This document shows positions 57,976 to 64,000 of a stretch of DNA of 64,000 nucleotides, piece by piece (position 1 is the first letter of the stretch; every line of letters starts with the position of its first letter). The translations under genes and the position numbers were made by a program. The notes beneath the pieces are model-generated. The model was not told the origin of the DNA. It did no database searches and saw only the letters and a program-made list of their open reading frames with translations. This stretch comes from Magnetococcales bacterium (GTDB taxonomy: Bacteria > Pseudomonadota > Magnetococcia > Magnetococcales > JADFZT01), in the NCBI GenBank assembly GCA_015232395.1, contig JADFZT010000013.1, positions 1,147 to 65,146 on the forward strand, read 5' to 3'.

Positions 57976-58260
57976 AGCTTTGTCAAATTGAGCAAAACAC
58001 GACCAAACCGCCCGCCAAGGCTTATCCGATAGAAGGAAGCGGACATCAGGCGATGGCCTTGGAGACTGTTCGGTGATTGCGTCCTGCTTACCGGGGAGGC
58101 GCAACCCCCAACCCCCAAACGCATTCCTGCTTGGAAATGCAATTCAAACGAGGGACTTAAACGCATCGTTTGAACCAGAATTCGTATGAATCCAAAATAC
58201 GATCTCATCACATACGGCTTCTCATAGCCAGAAAATTCCTCGCAAAAATCCACATCCTTC
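57976..58260 (-). pseudogene. IS6 3' remnant (right inverted repeat plus a degraded transposase C-terminal half), interrupted by a MITE-like element
   Basis: TTTGTCAAATTGAGCAAAACACGACC (57979-58004) matches the reverse complement of the intact right end. Peptides HRLMSASFYR and FCEEFSGYEKP correspond to DRHLMSASSYRE and TDKLGSYGVA. Confidence 0.65.
58062..58122. repeat. Short (~60 bp) variant of the hypA-hypB MITE-like element
   Basis: GAGACTGTTCGGTGATTGCGTCCTGCTTACCGGGGAGGCGCAA matches AGAGGCTGTTTGGTGATTGCGTCCTGCTTGCCG...GGGGCGGCGCAA of the 43909-44051 element, with the central part missing. Confidence 0.6.
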
Positions 58261-58416
58261 ACCAAGTGGGGAGTGGGGGGGATGGTTGAGAGGAATGGAA
58301 ACCGCAATGTCCAAATTGTAAAATGGCCCGTCAGTATTTACGAAATATTTTTGGGGGGATGGCTGCATGTTTTTCCAAGGCATGGAAATCAAGAGAAACA
58401 AGCGGTATCGAGAGCC

Positions 58417-60639
58417 GTGATTCTTTACCTTTGTGAAAAACCGTCCCAGGGGCGCGATATTGGCCGTGTCCTGGGTGCCACGTCTCGGCGGGAAGGGTAC
58501 GTTGAGGGGCGTGGGGTCTGTGTGACCTGGTGCATTGGTCATCTGCTGGAAATGACCGAACCGGACCGGTACCGACCGGAATGGAAGCAGTGGCGGTTGG
58601 ACACGCTCCCCATGGTCCCTGAAAAATGGAAGCTGGAGTTGACCCGCCGGGGCGGCAAGCAGTTTAAAGTCATCAAAGAACTGTTGCAGGGGGCGAACGA
58701 GGTGGTGTTGGCCACCGATGCCGACCGGGAGGGCGAGACCATCGGGCGTGAGGTTTTGGAGCGATGCCGGTATCGGGGGAAGATCTCTCGTCTTTGGCTG
58801 TCGGCGCTGGATGATGCCAGTATCCGTAAAGCTCTCTCCTCCCTTTGGCCCGGAGAGAAAACCGAACCCCTGTATCAGGCGGGAATGGGGCGCGCCCGTG
58901 CGGATTGGTTGGTCGGCATGAATCTCACCCGTGCCTACACGATCATTGGCCGCCAGGGCGGTTATGATGGCGTGCTGAGCGTTGGCCGTGTCCAGACACC
59001 CACATTAAAGCTGGTGGTGGACCGTGACCGGCTGATCGAAAATTTTAAGCCGGTGGACTATTTTGATGTCATTGCCTTCCACCGCGTGGCCAACGGCCCA
59101 TTCAATGCCAAGTGGATCCCATCGAAAAAACACGCCGATGGCGAAGGGCGCTGCCTGGATCGTGGGATTGCAGAGGCGGTTATCCAGAAAGTCCAAGGGC
59201 AGATCGGCAAGGTAACCCGGGCAGAGACCAAGCGGGTAAAAGAGCCTCCGCCATTGCCCCTTGAACTCTCCACCCTGCAGCAGGAGGCCTCCCGCCGTTG
59301 GAGTATGAGCGCCAAGAGAACCCTCGAAGTTGCTCAGTCCCTATACGAAAAGCACAAGGCCGTCACCTATCCTCGAACGGACTGCCGGTATCTGCCCACT
59401 GAGCAATTCAAGGATGCACCAAAGATTCTTCAGGCCGTTGCGGGCAATGATCCCGGGATGGCCCGGTTGGTCCATATGGCCAACCCCCAAATTCGCTCCA
59501 AAGCCTGGAACGACAAGAAGGTCACGGCCCACCACGCCATCATCCCCACCGCTGCCAAGGTGAACGTTGAGAGGTTGAGTCGAGAGGAGTCCTTCATCTA
59601 CGACCTGATCCGCCGCCACTATCTGGCGCAGTTTTTCTCCCCTCACGAATATGATGCGACTGTCATCGACACCCTGGTTAATTCAGAGTCCTTCCGGGCA
59701 TCTGGCCGTGTTGAACAGGCCCCTGGATGGAAACAAGCGCTGGGCCAGCCAAAAAAAGAGCAGGCCACCGAGGGTAAAGAGGAGGGTCAGAGTCTCCCTC
59801 GTGTCCGAACAGGAGAAGATGCCGGGATTGAAAAAGCTGAATTGATGGCAAAGCAGACCAAGCCCCCCAATCGCTATACGGAAGGCACGCTGATTCAGGC
59901 GATGAAATCGGTGGGCAAACTCGTGGAAGACTCCCGGCTACGCAAAATTTTGCGGGACACATCGGGTATCGGTACAGAGGCGACCCGGGCCTCCATTATC
60001 GAGACCCTCATCAAACGGGAACTCCTCGCCAAGGAAGGGAAGAAAAACCTTTTAAGCATGCCCGCAGGGCGAGCACTGGTCGATGCCTTGCCGCACAGTG
60101 TGACCGATCCAGCCACCACAGCGGTCTGGGAGCAAACCCTGGATGACATTTCCAACGGCAGTGGATCCCTGGGTGAGTTTTTGGACAAGTCCGAGTTGTG
60201 GCTGAACAAGCTGATCGGCAATGTCAAAAAGCGCCAGGAAATGGGGATCAATCCTTTTCAAAACCTCCCCGATCTACCCATATCCGGAACCCGCCGCAGA
60301 GGGCGTGGTCGTCCAACATCAAGAGGTGCGGCTCAGCGACCAGCCGCGATGCCGGATCCTTCACGGCCTTGTCCGGATTGCAGCAAGCCCATGGTCCGAA
60401 GAAAGAGCAAGCGCGGCTGGTTTTGGGGATGCTCCGCTTATCCCTCCTGTTCAACGACGATGCCGGATGTTCCAGGACGCAACACGTCGAGCAGTGCAGC
60501 CACTGGGCCAACTTGCCCCAAATGCCACAAGGGCCATCTGATTGAGAGGAGTGCACAGAAGGGAAAAAATTCTGGCAATCGATTCCTCGGATGCAGCCAA
60601 TATCCATCCTGTCGACATACCCGCCATATTGGAAGTTGA
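58417..60639 (+). CDS. topB: DNA topoisomerase III with two C-terminal C4 zinc ribbons
   Basis: TOPRIM (LCEKPSQGRDIG, ATDADREGE). TWCIGHLLE, SVGRVQTPTL, active-site context YPRTDCRYL. Zn ribbons CPDCSKP...CSAYPSC and CPKCHKG...CSQYPSC. A GTG at 58417 gives the canonical short N-terminus. The longest ORF starts at 58273, inside the IS6 remnant. Confidence 0.9.
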   Translation: MILYLCEKPSQGRDIGRVLGATSRREGYVEGRGVCVTWCIGHLLEMTEPDRYRPEWKQWRLDTLPMVPEKWKLELTRRGGKQFKVIKELLQGANEVVLATDADREGETIGREVLERCRYRGKISRLWLSALDDASIRKALSSLWPGEKTEPLYQAGMGRARADWLVGMNLTRAYTIIGRQGGYDGVLSVGRVQTPTLKLVVDRDRLIENFKPVDYFDVIAFHRVANGPFNAKWIPSKKHADGEGRCLDRGIAEAVIQKVQGQIGKVTRAETKRVKEPPPLPLELSTLQQEASRRWSMSAKRTLEVAQSLYEKHKAVTYPRTDCRYLPTEQFKDAPKILQAVAGNDPGMARLVHMANPQIRSKAWNDKKVTAHHAIIPTAAKVNVERLSREESFIYDLIRRHYLAQFFSPHEYDATVIDTLVNSESFRASGRVEQAPGWKQALGQPKKEQATEGKEEGQSLPRVRTGEDAGIEKAELMAKQTKPPNRYTEGTLIQAMKSVGKLVEDSRLRKILRDTSGIGTEATRASIIETLIKRELLAKEGKKNLLSMPAGRALVDALPHSVTDPATTAVWEQTLDDISNGSGSLGEFLDKSELWLNKLIGNVKKRQEMGINPFQNLPDLPISGTRRRGRGRPTSRGAAQRPAAMPDPSRPCPDCSKPMVRRKSKRGWFWGCSAYPSCSTTMPDVPGRNTSSSAATGPTCPKCHKGHLIERSAQKGKNSGNRFLGCSQYPSCRHTRHIGS

Positions 60640-60846
60640 GGCTGTCGTAGAGGCGATTCCGGCTGGTCGGCAGCTCAAGGGGGTGCAGCTGGCCGATATG
60701 CTGAAAACAGATTCGATGGAATGGCTGGAGCTATGGGAAAGTGCTGGGATTTTACGCCCGGTAGGGTAGAACAGGGCTGGCCACGAGAATGGTTCTTTAC
60801 TGCGCTTTTGTTGTAAAACAAATATTTACTACCATCAGAGCAGTGA

Positions 60847-61143
60847 TTATTTATTCCGCATATAGGCGGCCTTGTAGGCTGCAATGTATCCTGCCGTTTT
60901 TAAATCAAGGGGTTGTTTCTTGACAGGGCGGGTTGTCGAACGCGGTTTGGCACTCTCAGGGGGGGGAGCATCGGTGGTGACTTGAGGTGGCTTGGGAGCT
61001 GGTTTGGAAGAGGAAAGAGCCTGTTTGATGGCGGGCAGAATCACAGCCGCTTCGGATGGGGAGAGCGGGATTGGCTGGATCCCGGAGATTTTTCTCATCC
61101 GGTGAAGAAAGTCGATGATGAAATCATCCTTTTGCCTGTCCAT
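60847..61143 (-). CDS. Hypothetical protein (98 aa, Pro/Lys-rich centre)
   Basis: ORF downstream of repeat copy 2. No family recognised. Confidence 0.4.
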   Translation of the reverse strand: MDRQKDDFIIDFLHRMRKISGIQPIPLSPSEAAVILPAIKQALSSSKPAPKPPQVTTDAPPPESAKPRSTTRPVKKQPLDLKTAGYIAAYKAAYMRNK

Positions 61144-61185
61144 TGACGTTGGCTCCCGGAAGCTGGAGGAGGGTGCGGAAGTGGA

Positions 61186-61295
61186 AAAGCAGGGGGTTTT
61201 TCATTCTCTGAAATAGTAGACGAGTATTGGTGAAAAGAAAATATAAAACAACGAACACGGAGTTCTTCAAATAGGAGAGGAGTGCAAGGCTTCAT
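61186..61295. repeat. Copy 2 of the ~110-bp diverged direct repeat (partner at 55741-55850)
   Basis: See copy 1. Here it forms the region immediately upstream of the 98-aa minus-strand ORF. Confidence 0.7.
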
Positions 61296-61558
61296 GTTTT
61301 TCTGGACCATGATGATTGCATGACTTATGATGGATCCCGGATTTGAAACAACTGGATAAGCGACACTTCGTCCTCAGACACCCCCTTCAACGCGCCTTCA
61401 ACCCTCCCGGAGTTCGAACAGTTGGTCCTGCCCCTGACCTGATTTGGACAGCTTGGGACCATAAACGATAAAAAGGTGGCCTCAACCCAAGATCAGCGGC
61501 TACAGATTTTTTAGTAATTAGTATTCTTATGTATTGAGTTCCAGATTATTTGTTTACT

Positions 61559-64000
61559 GTGGAGCTGTCTGTTTTGACAAAACAAAATTTTGAACCCTTC
61601 TACCACTACTGGTCAAAAGCCCGGGAAGAGGGGGTGCATCTCTTCCCTTACCACGCCCTGGATGCGGCAGCCGTAGGACGTCTCCTGGTGGAAGCGTTGC
61701 CCCGTTGGTCCCAAACCCTGGCGCAACTTTCGGGCCTATCCCTGGAGAGGCTGCCGGACTGGATCTCTTTCCTCTTTTCCATCCACGACCTGGGTAAGCT
61801 TTCTTCCCACTGCTTCCAGAACAAAGTCCCCGACGCCTATCTCCGCCTCACCTCAAAACCGCCCCCCCCAGCGCCAGGATTCGTGCCGCGCCATGATTTT
61901 CTGGGCTGGTATCTCTGGAATGAGATACCGTTTCCAAACAGGCAAAAAGGCTTGGTGGAAGCGTGGCTGGCGCCGATGGCGGATGCCAAAAAGGCAGATC
62001 TGGAAGATTTGATCAGTCTAATGAATCCCTGGGTGCTGCCCATTTTCGGCCATCATGGCCTGCCACCCCGTGAAGCCAACACCGCCGATTCTTCCCTGTG
62101 GCAGACGCGTGATCGGGATGTGGCGCTGGCTTTTGTCCAGGCCATGGCCCAGCGGTTTTTGCCGGATGGATTGCCCTTTGATTCGGATGCACTCCACTTC
62201 GACGATAACCTGGACCGCTTTAAACACGCCTCCTGGCTTTTGGCCGGGGGTATGGTGATGGCGGACTGGCTGGGTTCCAACAGCCGCTGGTTTTCCCCCA
62301 CCGACCAACCCATGGCGTTGGATCACTATTGGCATGGGATCGCCCTGCCCAACGCCAAAACAGCCCTGGAACAGAGCGGCCTGATACCCGCCATCTCCAG
62401 ACCGGCCCAGGGTCTGGTTGGGCTCTATCCCGGATTGACGACGCCCTCACCCATGCAGCAGGCGGTGGAGGCGCTCTCTCTGACGGATGCGCCACTGCTG
62501 GCGATACTCGAAGATGTGACCGGTGGCGGCAAGACCGAAGCGGCCATCGTGTTGGCCCAACGTATCATGGCTCAGGGGCGTGCTGACGGGATCTATTTTG
62601 CCCTGCCCACCATGACCACCGCCAACGCCATACATGCCCGTGTGCAGCCCATTGTCCATAAATTCTATGAACAGGACGGCCCAAAACCGGTCATTTTACT
62701 CACCCACGGCAAAAGCCACCTCTACGAAGAAAAGCTCACCAAAGCCGCCCCCCCACCCGGCGAGGAGGAGTCCCAGGCCCAGGCCAATCTCTGGCTGCGA
62801 GACAGCCGCAAAAAGGGATTGCTGGCCCATGTGGGTGTTGGGACGTTGGATCAGGCCCTCATGGGAATTTTGCCTCTGAAGCATCAATCCCTACGCCTTT
62901 TGGGGCTCGCCAACAAGGTGCTGATCGTCGATGAGGTCCACGCCTGCGATCAATATCTCCTGGAATTGCTGCAACGTCTGTTGGCGTTTCACGCGGCCCA
63001 TGGGGGGAGCGCCATTTTGCTGTCAGCCACCCTGCCCCGGGGAATGCGCGCCGAGTTGATCGAAGCCTTTGCCAGGGGGCGAAGCCTTGCCGAAGGCCGG
63101 GATCAAAACAGACCGGATTCACCCCCTCAAAACACCAGCTATCCCCTGCTCACCACCTCTCTGGGCGGAGCCCTCATCGAGGAGCCGGTCGCTTGCCAGG
63201 AAAGGCTGCACCATCGCGTTGAATGCGTCTCTCTGGATACCGAAGCAGCGGTTTTCGATCACCTGACCCATGCCGCAGAGGCGGGGGGGTGCGCTTGCTG
63301 GATCCGCAATAGCGTCGATGATGCCAGAGAGGCCTATTCAGCGCTTCGGCAGCGGTTGGGGGGGGATCGGGTGCATCTGTTTCACGCCCGCTTTGCTCTG
63401 GCCGATCGCATGGATATCGAACAGCGAATTCTCACCCGTTTCGGCAAGGATTCGACCCTGGACAATAGGCGGGGACAGGTGGTGGTGGCCACCCAGGTGG
63501 TGGAGCAGTCGTTGGATATCGATTTTGACGCCATGGTGAGCGATCTGGCCCCGGCGGATCTGTTGATTCAGAGAGCGGGCCGCCTGCAACGCCATGAAAG
63601 GGGTGTGCGTCCCGGGGGGCTTGTGAAGCGGCTGGGGGTGTTGATGCCGAGCCTGGAGGAGCCGGTGGATGAGGGGTGGTATGCCCGGCTTTTTCCCCGG
63701 GGCGCTTATGTCTATCCCCACCATGGCCGTCTCTATCTCACCGCTTGGTGGCTCTCCAAAAACGGTGGCTTTTCCATCCCTGGCGATGCCCGGGACTGGA
63801 TCGAATCGGTTTATGGCGAAGCTTCCCAGGCGCACATTCCGGAAGCGTTGATCGCGGCGCAAATCAAGGCTGAAGGCGCAGACATGTCGGCAAAATCCTT
63901 GGCCAAGCTAAACGCCATCTCATTCAAGACCGGTTATCAGTCCGGCAATGGCTGGCGTGATGATGCACATCCCCCCACCCGTTTGGGAGAGCCGACGTTG
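61559..64000 (+). CDS. cas3: CRISPR-associated nuclease/helicase Cas3 (N-terminal HD domain plus DEAH helicase), 5' 814 codons; continues beyond the right window edge
   Basis: Own translation. HD-domain motifs (FPYHALDAAAVGRLL, IHDLGKLSSHCFQ, GHHG). Helicase motif I EDVTGGGKTEAA, motif II LIVDEVHACD, later ATQVVEQSLDIDFD and QRAGRLQRH. No in-frame ATG near the 5' end; GTG 61559 or TTG 61550/61574 are the start candidates. Absent from the ORF track because it runs off the edge. Confidence 0.85.
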   Translation, partial: MELSVLTKQNFEPFYHYWSKAREEGVHLFPYHALDAAAVGRLLVEALPRWSQTLAQLSGLSLERLPDWISFLFSIHDLGKLSSHCFQNKVPDAYLRLTSKPPPPAPGFVPRHDFLGWYLWNEIPFPNRQKGLVEAWLAPMADAKKADLEDLISLMNPWVLPIFGHHGLPPREANTADSSLWQTRDRDVALAFVQAMAQRFLPDGLPFDSDALHFDDNLDRFKHASWLLAGGMVMADWLGSNSRWFSPTDQPMALDHYWHGIALPNAKTALEQSGLIPAISRPAQGLVGLYPGLTTPSPMQQAVEALSLTDAPLLAILEDVTGGGKTEAAIVLAQRIMAQGRADGIYFALPTMTTANAIHARVQPIVHKFYEQDGPKPVILLTHGKSHLYEEKLTKAAPPPGEEESQAQANLWLRDSRKKGLLAHVGVGTLDQALMGILPLKHQSLRLLGLANKVLIVDEVHACDQYLLELLQRLLAFHAAHGGSAILLSATLPRGMRAELIEAFARGRSLAEGRDQNRPDSPPQNTSYPLLTTSLGGALIEEPVACQERLHHRVECVSLDTEAAVFDHLTHAAEAGGCACWIRNSVDDAREAYSALRQRLGGDRVHLFHARFALADRMDIEQRILTRFGKDSTLDNRRGQVVVATQVVEQSLDIDFDAMVSDLAPADLLIQRAGRLQRHERGVRPGGLVKRLGVLMPSLEEPVDEGWYARLFPRGAYVYPHHGRLYLTAWWLSKNGGFSIPGDARDWIESVYGEASQAHIPEALIAAQIKAEGADMSAKSLAKLNAISFKTGYQSGNGWRDDAHPPTRLGEPTL

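Noticed and set aside
58273-58416. Longest-ORF N-terminal extension of topB (48 aa)
   Set aside because: The extension has no topoisomerase similarity and runs into the IS6 remnant. The GTG at 58417 reproduces the usual ~6-residue lead before the EKPS motif.
60542-60769. 75-aa ORF overlapping the topB 3' end and extending 130 nt beyond it (…VQLADMLKTDSMEWLELWESAGILRPVG)
   Set aside because: Most of it overlaps topB in another frame. The free part is only ~44 codons, with no credible start or RBS.
61425-61450. GGAGTTCGAACAG, a tRNA T-loop-like string (and GGTTTCGAACCC at ~42730)
   Set aside because: No flanking acceptor, D or anticodon stems can be drawn. The second string is inside hypD coding sequence.
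61150-61560. Search for a CRISPR array or leader upstream of cas3; also checked the 16-bp x3 (25141-25188) and 9-bp x3 (41452-41478) tandem repeats
   Set aside because: There are no repeat-spacer units. The tandem repeats have no spacers and are far too short. Any array must lie beyond the right edge.

Overview
Chromosomal-looking 64-kb window from a moderately GC-rich Gram-negative bacterium; the taxon cannot be assigned from sequence alone. It is a mosaic of signalling and energy-metabolism genes and IS-scarred accessory stretches.

Left to right:
- The first 3.1 kb of a giant TpsA/filamentous-haemagglutinin exoprotein gene. It is on the minus strand, runs off the left edge, and is therefore absent from the ORF track.
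- An intact IS6-family insertion sequence.
- A two-component block: a CheY-like regulator, a periplasmic EB_dh/DOMON-like protein and two hybrid histidine kinases.
- tpx and an orphan cheR.
- A 1563-aa secreted protein combining FG-GAP repeats, a clan-CD peptidase and SLH domains.
- Several small conserved genes.
- An IS6-scarred stretch at 24.7-26.8 kb.
- A sigma-54 node: a Cys-rich PAS enhancer-binding protein flanked by three sigma-54-type promoters. It sits next to a CDF-NifX fusion transporter operon and a norC-norB-norQ-(polyferredoxin)-norD nitric-oxide reductase cluster that ends with a tandem-CZB protein.
- hypC-A-B-D-F-E, divergent from an Isp-type [NiFe] hydrogenase operon (protease, hynS, isp1, isp2, hynL, Ni permease).
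- An AT-richer island holding IS6/IS5 remnants, a hybrid kinase, a response regulator with an internally duplicated unassigned ~172-aa module, topoisomerase III, and the first 2.4 kb of cas3 running off the right edge.

I saw no rRNA, tRNA or CRISPR array.

Best candidates for something undescribed:
1. The sigma-54/Cys-PAS regulator apparently wired to cNOR and to a CDF-NifX transporter operon, where a NorR-type regulator would normally be expected.
2. The response regulator with the duplicated unknown module, in the island next to topB and cas3.
3. The RR/EB_dh/hybrid-kinase triad.

All functional calls come from reading motifs in the supplied translations or my own translations. No database search was run.
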